NCBI GenBank assembly: GCA_016788165.1
Contig: JAEUTH010000028.1
Coordinates: 13,978-77,977 of the forward strand
DNA length: 64,000 nt
DNA from: Bacteroidia bacterium
GTDB taxonomy: Bacteria; Bacteroidota; Bacteroidia; AKYH767-A; OLB10
Reading direction: 5' to 3'
Shown here: positions 42,367 to 51,678 of the stretch, piece after piece
Position numbering within the stretch: the first letter of the stretch is position 1
Layout: each line of letters begins with the position of its first letter
Notes under the pieces: generated by a model
Databases searched by the model: none
The model's input: the letters and a program-made list of their open reading frames with translations, nothing else
What the model was told of the DNA's origin: nothing
Position numbers and translations under genes: made by a program

Positions 42367-42403
42367 AAGCGCCTTGTAAGTTAAATTGCAAGGCGCTTTT
42401 TTT
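42367..42403 (+). terminator. Intrinsic terminator closing the ECF-cargo unit
   Basis: AAGCGCCTTGTAA...TTGCAAGGCGCTT followed by a T run. Confidence 0.85.
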
Positions 42404-42490
42404 ATTTATACAGCTTATAGTTTGATAGCTAAGGCTTTGTAGCTTATTTATACTTTAGCCAACCAATTTTAAGTTTATAATGCGTGATTT

Positions 42491-43444
42491 ATGAAAGTAA
42501 TTGATCATCTGGCAAAATCCAAAACCACTCTTTTTTCAATTGAAATTTTACCTCCGCTAAAGGGTCAAAGCATTCAGTCTATTTTTAATTCCATTGATCC
42601 TTTAATGGAATTTAAGCCGCAGTTTATAGATGTTACGTATCATCGCGAAGAGTATATTTATAAAAAAAGGGAAGGCGGTTTTTTAGAAAAAATTTCAATC
42701 CGTAAGAGGCCAGGTACCGTTGGCATTTGTGCAGCTATCGTGAACAAGTACAAAGTTGATGCAGTGCCACATCTGATATGTGGCGGTTTTAGTAAAGAGG
42801 AAACTGAAAATGCATTGATAGAATTAAATTTTTTAGGCATTGATAATGTTTTGATACTGCGAGGCGATGCCATTAAAACTGAAAATAATTTTATACCACA
42901 TTCGAATGGCCACCACTATGCTTTAGACTTGGTAAAGCAAACAGTTAATTTAAACAAAGGCGTGTATTTAGACGAAGATTTACAAGATAACGAAAACACT
43001 AATTTTTGCATTGGTGTTGCCGGATATCCCGAAAAACATTTCGAAGCACCTAACTTACAAACCGACCTCAAATACCTGCAACTAAAAATTGAAGCCGGTG
43101 CTGATTATGTAGTAACACAAATGTTTTATGATAACAACAAGTACTACAACTTTGTAAATCACTGCAAAGAATCAGGTATTCAAGTACCCATTATACCGGG
43201 CATAAAAGTGCTTACATCTAAAAAACAAATTACCAACTTACCTAAGGTATTTCATATTGATTTGCCGCAAGAATTAATAGAAGAAGTAGTAAAATGTAAA
43301 ACCGATGCAGATGTAAAAAATGTAGGTATTGAATGGGCTATTCAACAATCGAAAGACTTAATAAAATTTGGCGTGCCGTGTTTGCATTATTACACCATGG
43401 GTAATCCTGATATAATTAAACGTGTAGCATCGCAAGTTTTTTAG
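42491..43444 (+). CDS. metF: Methylenetetrahydrofolate reductase
   Basis: FSIEILPP, DVTY, VPHLICG, LRGD, VAGYPEKH, TQMFYD, HYYTM. Confidence 0.95.
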   Translation: MKVIDHLAKSKTTLFSIEILPPLKGQSIQSIFNSIDPLMEFKPQFIDVTYHREEYIYKKREGGFLEKISIRKRPGTVGICAAIVNKYKVDAVPHLICGGFSKEETENALIELNFLGIDNVLILRGDAIKTENNFIPHSNGHHYALDLVKQTVNLNKGVYLDEDLQDNENTNFCIGVAGYPEKHFEAPNLQTDLKYLQLKIEAGADYVVTQMFYDNNKYYNFVNHCKESGIQVPIIPGIKVLTSKKQITNLPKVFHIDLPQELIEEVVKCKTDADVKNVGIEWAIQQSKDLIKFGVPCLHYYTMGNPDIIKRVASQVF

Positions 43445-43502
43445 ACAAAAATAAAATCGGCTTTATCTATTGTTTATATTGCAGTAATAACATATACCAA
43501 AT

Positions 43503-44186
43503 ATGTGGGCTGACTTTGTAAATTTAATTTTCCCTGATCGTTGTCGCGCCTGTCAAAATAATTTAAATCCGAAGGACAACATGATTTGTATGCGTTGCAG
43601 GTTAACCTTGCCGCGAACCAACTACCATTTAGATGTAAATAATCCGGTAAGCAAACATTTTTGGGGCAAAACACATTTAAGCTATGCTACGGCATTTTTG
43701 TTTTTTCAGAAAGGCGATAGGGTACAACATCTAATACATCAGTTAAAATATAAGGGCGATAAAGAGATAGGGGTAGTTATAGGCAGCTTGTTTGGCAATG
43801 CATTAAATGCAACCGATACTTTTAGTAAAGCAACCATACTGATACCGGTACCGCTGCATAGCAGCCGAAAACATGCACGCGGCTATAATCAAAGCGAAAT
43901 GTTGGCCAAGGGTTTGGCACAAAAAATGAACATCCCTGTAAATACAAAGCTCCTGGTAAGGAGCCAAAAAACGGAAACCCAAACCAATAAACGCAGATAC
44001 AATCGCTACGAAAATATGCGCGATGTTTTTGAAGTAATAAGTCCACACTTATATACAAACCAACATTTTTTATTAGTTGATGATGTTATCACTACCGGAT
44101 CAACGCTGGTTGCTTGTGCCGATAAATTATTAACTATTGAAGGCGCAAGCGTAAGTGTTGCTGCTATGGCTTTTGCACAGCACTAA
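43503..44186 (+). CDS. comF: ComF family phosphoribosyltransferase-like protein
   Basis: CRAC...CMRC, PVPLH, RGYNQ, LLVDDVITTGST. Confidence 0.92.
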   Translation: MWADFVNLIFPDRCRACQNNLNPKDNMICMRCRLTLPRTNYHLDVNNPVSKHFWGKTHLSYATAFLFFQKGDRVQHLIHQLKYKGDKEIGVVIGSLFGNALNATDTFSKATILIPVPLHSSRKHARGYNQSEMLAKGLAQKMNIPVNTKLLVRSQKTETQTNKRRYNRYENMRDVFEVISPHLYTNQHFLLVDDVITTGSTLVACADKLLTIEGASVSVAAMAFAQH

Positions 44187-44221
44187 TTCGAATAAAGTAA
44201 TTGAATGGGTTTAATCAGCTT

Positions 44222-45208
44222 TTATGACAAAGCATTAAGAGTTTGCTTAAGCCTGTCAATAACCTTTACCTCAGTTGGGTCTATGTTTTTTAACTCGCTT
44301 AAATATACACTAACCCAATCGCCAAATAAAACCAGATAATACACACGGGCTAACATGGTTTCGCCTTTACTCCAAACATCAAATACATGTGGTGTACATT
44401 GTAGTGCTACTTCCTTTAAAAAGTCCATACGTTTTTGTGTACGATAATAATCATCGGCATTGCGCATAAAAACTACAGAAACATTCGGACATTTTTCTAC
44501 CCAACCTACAATTTCATTGTGGTTCATTTCGGGTAATGCCGCATGCCAACACAACATTTTACTATTCTCATTTATTTGTTGCCTAAATCTAACACATACA
44601 CCTTCATAAGATGCCGTACTGTAAATGGCTGGTATGGTACCCAAAAGTTTATTTGCCAATTGGTTGGCTTCGGCTTTAATGGCTTCAACTTCTGCGCTTA
44701 GCAATTGAACAGTGGCTGCTAATTCGGCTTTAAATGCATCATCAATTAAGCCCATACCATGCAATACATAGAATAATTGTGTAAACGAATAAGCAAAGCA
44801 AGCACGTGGTGGCATGCCACCCGGTATGATAATATGATCAAGCTGATGTTGTTTGGCTATTTCAATTACTTTACCTCCGGCACTTACACATACTATTTTC
44901 GGATTTACGGCTAATGCCGTTTTTAAAACCTGCACGGTTTCCTCTGTGTTGCCCGAATAGGAAGAAATAATTAATAATGTTTGGTCGTTTACAAAGGCCG
45001 GTAAAAAATAATCCTTACAAACAATAACCGGTATTTTAATTTTTTGTTCAAGCACTTGTGCTATTACCGTACCGCCAATACCCGAACCACCAAGGCCGGC
45101 AATAACTACATTGGTAAACGCTGTTTGCGGCTTATGTAATTGTGCTTGCTGCCCTATTGCAATACCTGCTTCGAGTTTGCTAATAAATGATGCTACTTCT
45201 GATTTCAT
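44222..45208 (-). CDS. Bifunctional phosphoglucose/phosphomannose isomerase (SIS domains)
   Basis: GLGGSGIGG, SSYSGNTEET, PPR, QINENSK, PEMNHNE; start set at MKSEV (45208). Confidence 0.9.
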   Translation of the reverse strand: MKSEVASFISKLEAGIAIGQQAQLHKPQTAFTNVVIAGLGGSGIGGTVIAQVLEQKIKIPVIVCKDYFLPAFVNDQTLLIISSYSGNTEETVQVLKTALAVNPKIVCVSAGGKVIEIAKQHQLDHIIIPGGMPPRACFAYSFTQLFYVLHGMGLIDDAFKAELAATVQLLSAEVEAIKAEANQLANKLLGTIPAIYSTASYEGVCVRFRQQINENSKMLCWHAALPEMNHNEIVGWVEKCPNVSVVFMRNADDYYRTQKRMDFLKEVALQCTPHVFDVWSKGETMLARVYYLVLFGDWVSVYLSELKNIDPTEVKVIDRLKQTLNALS

Positions 45209-45298
45209 ATACCTGTTATGTAAAATGTTTAATGTTTGAATGTAAAACAAGGATGAACTAATACCACGACTTTCAACTACAGCAAATATAAAGGATAG

Positions 45299-46372
45299 TT
45301 ATGCAGCCTGCCCCACATATTTCATATACCTGAAATGCGAAATAATAGCAGCTCGCATAGTAGGATACGCATTATACGTGACACCAAATTTTTTACAGTT
45401 TTCAATTACAATTTTATTAATGGCCGGATAATGCACATGACTAATACGTGGAAACAAGTGATGCTCTACCTGAAAGTTTAAGCCGCCCAAACACCAGGTA
45501 ACAATTTTGTTTTTAGTAGCAAAGTTACTGGTAGTGGCCACTTGATGTTCGGCCCAACCGGTTTCTAATTTTTGATGTTTATCATCATTGGCATCTAAAA
45601 ATTGGGTGTTTTCTACAGCATGTGCTAATTGAAAAACAATACCAATGGTTATCCCCATTACAGCATGCATTACGCTAAAGCCAATTAAAAACTTTACAAA
45701 ACCAACTAAATAAATGGGCACCGCTATGTAAAACAATACATACAACACCTTACTCGCCCAAAAAATAAGGTGCTCTTTTGTGTTGAAAGTATTAATAGGC
45801 GTTGATGCAATTTTCTGATTAAAATATTTTAAAAAGTCGGTAAACAATACCCAACTTAACGAAGCTAAGCTGTAGGCAAAAAGCGCATACCAATGTTGGT
45901 ACTTATGCATTTTTAAACGTTTTTGTGATTCGCACAAACGTATTACTGGTAATTTGGCTATATCATCATCAACACCATCAATATTGGTGTAAGTATGGTG
46001 TATGATGTTATGTTTTATTTTCCATATAAAGGCATTGCTGCCAATTGCATTCATAGATAAACCAACTGTGTAGTTAACCCATTTTTTAGTTGAGTAACTA
46101 CCATGGCATGCATCATGCATCACATTAAAACCAATAAAAGCGATATCTAATCCCAATAATGCACACAGCAAAATTGCCAACCACCCCGACATGGGTACAA
46201 ACAGTACCAAAGCATAAAGCGCAATGGCTGCGGGTATAAGAACCAACGTTTTTAAATACAACTTAAAATTGCCCGTTTTTTTAAGTCGGTTTTGTTTAAA
46301 ATACGCGTCAACGCTTTGCTTAAGTGCAGTAAAAAACTGGGCATTTGTATTGTCAAAAGTTACTTTTGTCAT
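45299..46372 (-). CDS. Acyl-CoA / fatty acid desaturase
   Basis: His boxes HDACH, HNIIHH, QVEHHLFP; start set at MTKVTF (46372). Confidence 0.93.
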   Translation of the reverse strand: MTKVTFDNTNAQFFTALKQSVDAYFKQNRLKKTGNFKLYLKTLVLIPAAIALYALVLFVPMSGWLAILLCALLGLDIAFIGFNVMHDACHGSYSTKKWVNYTVGLSMNAIGSNAFIWKIKHNIIHHTYTNIDGVDDDIAKLPVIRLCESQKRLKMHKYQHWYALFAYSLASLSWVLFTDFLKYFNQKIASTPINTFNTKEHLIFWASKVLYVLFYIAVPIYLVGFVKFLIGFSVMHAVMGITIGIVFQLAHAVENTQFLDANDDKHQKLETGWAEHQVATTSNFATKNKIVTWCLGGLNFQVEHHLFPRISHVHYPAINKIVIENCKKFGVTYNAYPTMRAAIISHFRYMKYVGQAA

Positions 46373-46563
46373 GAGTACGTTTTTTAGGGGGGCGCAAGGT
46401 AACCATTTATTTAGCGCCAAAATTGATAAAGAACCAAACGACAGGTTAAATTATTTAGTGTGATGCGGTTATTAACACCGATGCCCGCTTTAAACACAAG
46501 TATTAGCTGTAAAAACAAGCAAACATTTTTTAAAATAATGCTTTTTTGAGTTGATATAAATTT

Positions 46564-46571
46564 TACATTTG
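46564..46571 (+). promoter_or_regulatory. -7 promoter element of the bS22 gene
   Basis: TACATTTG followed by CAGCCCC. Confidence 0.65.
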
Positions 46572-46645
46572 CAGCCCCGATTTTAAAAGGTTTACATCTT
46601 TTAAATAAGGTTATCACCGTAAACATCACATAAAAATTTAGCATC

Positions 46646-46735
46646 ATGCCAAGCGGAAAAAAAAGGAAAAGACATAAAATGGCAACCCATAAGCGCAAAA
46701 AGCGTCTTCGGAAAAACCGTCATAAAAAGAAATAA
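46646..46735 (+). CDS. 30S ribosomal protein bS22 (mS38/AURKAIP1/COX24-like), 29 aa
   Basis: Below the ORF-track cutoff. MPSGKKRKRHKMATHKRKKRLRKNRHKKK, with its own promoter and terminator, upstream of rne/rng. Confidence 0.9.
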   Translation: MPSGKKRKRHKMATHKRKKRLRKNRHKKK

Positions 46736-46792
46736 TATAGTGCATAATCCTTAAATAATAAGGCGTTGTACTTCATATAATATTAAAACTTT

Positions 46793-46827
46793 ATACAGAG
46801 GCTGTGTTACACAACCTCTGTATTTTT
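46793..46827 (+). terminator. Intrinsic terminator after bS22
   Basis: ATACAGAGG...CCTCTGTAT followed by T runs. Confidence 0.75.
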
Positions 46828-46939
46828 ATTTTTAACAAATGCTTATAAATCAGCAACATGCTTTTAAAATATAGCGCTAAACTGCTTTTTCAGTTTTAAC
46901 AGTTATGGCTGATTGCGTATTTATACAACAAAACACTGC

Positions 46940-48493
46940 GTGACAAGCGATTTAGTTATAGACGCCAATGATAATGAAGTCACCATTGCGCTATTAGAAG
47001 ACAAAAAACTGGTTGAACTTAATAGCGAAAAAAAGGATCAAAATTTTGCCGTTGGCGATGTGTATTTAGGTAGGGTAAAAAAATTACTACCCGGCATGAA
47101 TGCTGCTTTTATTGATATTGGTTATGAAAAAGAGGGTTTTTTGCACTACCTCGATTTAGGACCGCAATTCGAATCGCTGAATAAGTTTTTAAAAAGTACG
47201 GTTGCGGGTAAAACTACGGATGCACTGCTAACGCATTTCGAAAACGAATCAGATATTAGCAAGTCCGGTAAAATTAATTCCGTACTTACCGTAGGTCAAA
47301 GTGTGCTGGTTCAAATTGCCAAAGAACCTATTTCTACCAAAGGGCACAGGCTTTCTACCGAAATTTCGCTGGCAGGCAGGTATGTGGTAATGATGCCTTT
47401 TAGTGAAGGCGTTACCATATCGGCAAAAATAAAAAATGCCGAAGAACGGAACCGGCTCAAACGATTGGCGCAAAGCATTAAGCCCAAAAACTTCAGCCTG
47501 ATAGTACGCACCGTTGCCGAAGGTAAAATGGTAGCCGAATTAGATAAGGATATTCAGGATTTATTATCGAAATGGAAACAATGCCATGCCCTGTTACAAC
47601 AAGCGCAACCACCATTAAAGGTGCTGGGCGAAATGGATCGCACTTCAACCATTTTACGCGATTTGCTAAACGCTAATTTTAATAACGTACATGTTAACGA
47701 TGCCGGCCTTGCCCAGGAAATCAGAGAATATGTAAAAACAATTGCACCCGAACATCAGGAGTTGGTAAAGCTGCACAAAAACAAAACGCCCATTTTCGAG
47801 CAGTTTGGTATTGACAAACAAATTATAACCGTATTTGGTAAAACTGTTAACCTGCCGGGCGGTGCCTATCTGGTAATTGAACATACTGAGGCAATGCATG
47901 TAATTGATGTAAATAGCGGCACACGTACCAAGGTTGATAATGATGGCCAGGAGGCGCACAACTTACAGGTTAATTTAAATGCAGCACGCGAAATTGCACG
48001 TCAGTTGCGCTTACGCGATATGGGTGGTATTATTGTGGTTGATTTTATTGACCTGCGTAATGCCGACAATAAAAAACTTTTGTTTGAGTGCTTGCGCGAT
48101 GAAATGAAACGCGACCGCGCAAGGCATACCATTTTACCGCCCAGTAAATTTGGTTTAATTCAAATAACACGCGAAAGGGTTAGGCAGGTTACCGAAATAA
48201 CTACTACGCAAAAATGCCCAACTTGTTCCGGTACCGGTGAAGTAAAATCAACAACATTACTCATTGATGATATCGAAAATAACATCCGTTATTTCATGCA
48301 GGAGCAAAACGAAAAGTCGTTAACCTTACATGTACATCCTTATGTGGAGGCTTATTTAAAGCGTGGTATTTTTAGTATTAACCGTAAGTGGTTACTTAAG
48401 TATAAAAAACCCATTAAAGTTATTGCCGATAAAAACTATCACATGCTTCAATATCACTTTTTTAATAAAGCAGGCGAAGAAATTAAAATATAA
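46940..48493 (+). CDS. rng: Ribonuclease E/G family
   Basis: S1 domain GDVYLGRV...AAFIDIG, VIDVNSG, LRLRDMGGIIVVDFID, CPTCSGTG; GTG start at 46940 preferred. Confidence 0.93.
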   Translation: MTSDLVIDANDNEVTIALLEDKKLVELNSEKKDQNFAVGDVYLGRVKKLLPGMNAAFIDIGYEKEGFLHYLDLGPQFESLNKFLKSTVAGKTTDALLTHFENESDISKSGKINSVLTVGQSVLVQIAKEPISTKGHRLSTEISLAGRYVVMMPFSEGVTISAKIKNAEERNRLKRLAQSIKPKNFSLIVRTVAEGKMVAELDKDIQDLLSKWKQCHALLQQAQPPLKVLGEMDRTSTILRDLLNANFNNVHVNDAGLAQEIREYVKTIAPEHQELVKLHKNKTPIFEQFGIDKQIITVFGKTVNLPGGAYLVIEHTEAMHVIDVNSGTRTKVDNDGQEAHNLQVNLNAAREIARQLRLRDMGGIIVVDFIDLRNADNKKLLFECLRDEMKRDRARHTILPPSKFGLIQITRERVRQVTEITTTQKCPTCSGTGEVKSTTLLIDDIENNIRYFMQEQNEKSLTLHVHPYVEAYLKRGIFSINRKWLLKYKKPIKVIADKNYHMLQYHFFNKAGEEIKI

Positions 48494-48598
48494 CAGCTTA
48501 TAGCTACCGTTTGCAGCCTCACATTTTTTTATAAAATCTGACTATACTTGCCCGCCATTTACAAGGCCTGCCTTAAACTACTTTGCACATAAAACAAT

Positions 48599-49327
48599 AT
48601 GGTTTCATTTAATACACTTTCAATTGTAATACCTTGTTATAACGAAGAGCGCACCGTACATTTAATTTTAGATAAAGTATTAAAAGTGCAATTGCTAAAT
48701 GATATTAAAAAGGAAATTATTATTGTAAACGATTGCTCAAAAGACGATACCATTGGTGCCATTAACCGGTATTTTGAACAGCACCCAAATGTTGCTTATA
48801 AATTGTTTAACCAAGAAGTTAATAAAGGCAAAGGCGCAGCTTTACATTTAGGCATACAAAAATCTACAGGCGATTACATTATTATACAGGATGCTGATTT
48901 GGAATACGACCCGGCCGAATACAACGATTTAATTAAACCTATAATTGATGGTTTTGCTGACGTAGTTTACGGTTCCAGGTTTATAGGTGGCAAACCACAT
49001 CGTATTTTGTTTTTTTGGCATTCGATAGGGAATAAAATGCTTACTTTTTTAAGCAATATGGGCAGCAACCTAAATTTAACCGATATGGAAACCTGCTACA
49101 AGCTTTTTAAACGCGAGTATGTACAAAGCCTTAATTTGGTTGAAAAAAGATTTGGATTCGAACCCGAAGTTACCGCTAAAATTGCACGCATACCACAGGT
49201 GCGCATTTACGAAGTGGCCATTTCCTACTACGGACGTACCTATGCCGAAGGAAAAAAAATAAATTGGAAAGACGGCTTTAGGGCAATTTATTGTATTATT
49301 AAATACAACTATTTTGCTAAACGCTAA
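48599..49327 (+). CDS. GT2 glycosyltransferase, polyprenol-phosphate glycosyltransferase (DPM1-like)
   Basis: [46 protein letters not shown]. Confidence 0.88.
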   Translation: MVSFNTLSIVIPCYNEERTVHLILDKVLKVQLLNDIKKEIIIVNDCSKDDTIGAINRYFEQHPNVAYKLFNQEVNKGKGAALHLGIQKSTGDYIIIQDADLEYDPAEYNDLIKPIIDGFADVVYGSRFIGGKPHRILFFWHSIGNKMLTFLSNMGSNLNLTDMETCYKLFKREYVQSLNLVEKRFGFEPEVTAKIARIPQVRIYEVAISYYGRTYAEGKKINWKDGFRAIYCIIKYNYFAKR

Positions 49328-49399
49328 GCCGAAAGCTTGTTGCAGGCTTTAATGTACCTATAACTACCTTATGCATTTAAGCTTATGTTGGTTAACTAT

Positions 49400-49445
49400 A
49401 AAACTAAACGCTGCTCAACTAATTGGAGCAGCGTTTTTAGTTTTA
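49400..49445. terminator. Bidirectional intrinsic terminator
   Basis: AAACGCTGCTC...GAGCAGCGTTT with A/T tracts on both sides, between convergent units. Confidence 0.8.
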
Positions 49446-49460
49446 TATTGATACAAAATG

Positions 49461-49592
49461 CTACTGTTTTACAAACTTTTTTACGGTGTGGTTTGTTGCT
49501 GTGGTTAAGCTTAGGTGATACATACCCGGCATTAGCGTAGCAGTAGGTACAGTAATAACATCATAAGCATGTGGCAGGTATTGTTGCCATTT
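49461..49592 (-). pseudogene. Orphan 3' remnant of a gene ending in a T9SS type-A CTD
   Basis: KWQQYLPHAYDVITVPTATLMPGMYHLSLTTATNHTVKKFVKQ-stop, with an in-frame TGA immediately upstream and no N-terminal part. Confidence 0.7.
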
Positions 49593-49654
49593 TCAAGTTG
49601 ATTTTGTTTTTAACTCCAAACAATCATCTTTAAACAACGAGTCTAAACATACTA

Positions 49655-50626
49655 TTACTGCCAAATTAGGTCAAGCTTTACTGTTATCCCATTCTGTGTT
49701 TTAGTAACTGTTGTTGGATAAGGGTTACTTCCGCTTGTATAATGACTCATTTGAAAACCAACATATCCAATATAGTCGTCAGGGTCTGGTGTGTCATAAT
49801 CCCAAACATCAATGTATCGTCCAGCATTAAAGTCATTAATTTCAAATGCAGTGGTATAAGTCCAAGCTAAAGGTAACGCTGCCGAAGTAACATCGTTTAT
49901 TTTTGACGATAAGCTGCTACTTAAAATGTTACTAGCTTGATCTGTAATATTAAAAAACACATCCGGACCATTTACAAAATCCCAACTGGCACCACTGCTG
50001 TTTACAAAGGGCATGTTAGTAATTGTAACTTTCGTAATTTTAGCTTTTGTTGGCGAGGATGCAATATTTACGATTTTAGTTATCTGATTGGTTCCTGCGG
50101 CATTAGTAGCTGTGAGTATTACAGAAAAAGAACCGCCTGTTGAATAGATCTTTGATGGGCTTAAAGATGTTGAAGATGTGCCATCACCAAAATCCCACGT
50201 ATAAGTAGTAGCATTGGCTGAAGTGTTGGTAAAATTTACATTGCAAGGAGCCATACACCCCCCTCCGGTAAATGTAAAGTTAGCTGTAGGCAGTTGTGAT
50301 TGTGTTGAGTTTTGAATTAATATTTGCTTTGACACTGAGGCAGATCCTCCTTCTCCTGTTGCTGTTAGTGAAACCGTGTAAGTACCACCAGCATTATAAG
50401 TTTTTGTTGGGTTAGATGCGGTAGAAGTTGTTCCGTCACCAAAATCCCATAAGAAAGTTGCTGCATCTTTCGATTTGTTTTCAAACAGCACTGCGCAGGG
50501 AGCCGTGCAACCACCACCAGTATAAATAAAATCCACTGTTGGTTTTGATGCGCTTTCTTCTTTTTTACAAGAGTTAATGGTTGAACATCCTATTGTGGCT
50601 AATAAGAGTACTATTATTTTTTTCAT
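49655..50626 (-). CDS. Surface lipoprotein with two PKD domains and a C2-like C-terminal domain
   Basis: Lipobox INS-C followed by KKEE; WDFGDG twice; C-terminal WD..GPDV...VWDYDTPDPDDYIG. Confidence 0.85.
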   Translation of the reverse strand: MKKIIVLLLATIGCSTINSCKKEESASKPTVDFIYTGGGCTAPCAVLFENKSKDAATFLWDFGDGTTSTASNPTKTYNAGGTYTVSLTATGEGGSASVSKQILIQNSTQSQLPTANFTFTGGGCMAPCNVNFTNTSANATTYTWDFGDGTSSTSLSPSKIYSTGGSFSVILTATNAAGTNQITKIVNIASSPTKAKITKVTITNMPFVNSSGASWDFVNGPDVFFNITDQASNILSSSLSSKINDVTSAALPLAWTYTTAFEINDFNAGRYIDVWDYDTPDPDDYIGYVGFQMSHYTSGSNPYPTTVTKTQNGITVKLDLIWQ

Positions 50627-50748
50627 TTTATTATGGATTATAAGTTAAAGATTAAAGGATAAATTATCGTTTAACTTACATCGCCATAACGAAGTTTACA
50701 TTAGTAATGGGCTTGGTAATAGGCTGCTGCTCTTAGGCACAGCGCAAG

Positions 50749-50778
50749 GCGTGTAGCGTGTAGCGTGTAGCGTGTAGC
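50749..50778. repeat. Tandem heptamer (GCGTGTA)x4
   Basis: gcgtgta gcgtgta gcgtgta gcgtgta gc read directly. Confidence 0.95.
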
Positions 50779-50854
50779 ATAGGTTAAAATGTAGAAGCTA
50801 CGAATATAAAAAAGAATACAATGTTTAACTGCTGAAAATTATCTGAGTCAAACA

Positions 50855-51613
50855 TCAATCTTTTGCAATTTGTAATCGTGCAATGGTTGCCGCAGTTACG
50901 GCATAAGCCGGTGCAATTACCCATCCAACATATGGTACTATAAGCAACAAATAAAAAATGGCTCCATTACCAAAGGCTACACCTTTTTGTAAACGTGTAA
51001 ATGCAATGCTGCGCGCAATGGTATATTTCCTACGTTCATTACTGTAGTCGAGCATGCTAAAGCCATAATAATAGCTGGATATATAGAACGCTAAAACCGG
51101 ACTGAATAATTGAAGCAGCGGTATAAAACTGCAAATAAATAAAAGCGCCAACAGCAACATTTCAATACAAAAGTTGCGCAACGCCAATAAGATACCGCGT
51201 AATACATCGGCAATAAATTGCTGAAAATTAAAGTCAGTTGTATGGCCTGTTATTATAAACTCAACACGCTCGCTTAGTAATGCCAGCAAGGGTGCCATTA
51301 GCACTAAAATCAAATACTTATAAACCGACAGATAAAAGATGATAAAACCTACTTTGATTAAAAAAGCAATAAGCCAGGCCAGCAATCCGGTATGCAGCCA
51401 TGTAGCCCAGGGAGCCAGATTTTTAATATACAAAGTAAAAATAGCAGCCCAGTCGGTAGCCATGCTGCTAAACCAGCTAAACCCCAATATGAACAAAAGG
51501 CAATTAATAATACCCGGGGCAATAATGTACCACCATAACCGGTGCTTAACTATAAGTTTATGAGCCAGCACATAAGTATGTACACCAATAATTACTTGCT
51601 TTATAAATTCCAT
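50855..51613 (-). CDS. EI24/CysZ-like membrane protein
   Basis: APLLALLSERVE, YGFSMLDY..ERR, IVPYVGW. Confidence 0.82.
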   Translation of the reverse strand: MEFIKQVIIGVHTYVLAHKLIVKHRLWWYIIAPGIINCLLFILGFSWFSSMATDWAAIFTLYIKNLAPWATWLHTGLLAWLIAFLIKVGFIIFYLSVYKYLILVLMAPLLALLSERVEFIITGHTTDFNFQQFIADVLRGILLALRNFCIEMLLLALLFICSFIPLLQLFSPVLAFYISSYYYGFSMLDYSNERRKYTIARSIAFTRLQKGVAFGNGAIFYLLLIVPYVGWVIAPAYAVTAATIARLQIAKD

Positions 51614-51678
51614 AAGGGCAAATAAATTAAATTAAGTTGTGCTGTTTTTTACATTGGCACATTGTAATTAAAAGTAAA

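Noticed and set aside
46411-46698. 95-aa hydrophobic minus-strand ORF
   Set aside because: It is antisense to the bS22 promoter and Lys-rich codons; the hydrophobicity is an artefact of A-rich sequence.
50749-50778. CRISPR-like array
   Set aside because: Only a 7-nt tandem repeat with no spacers and no cas genes.
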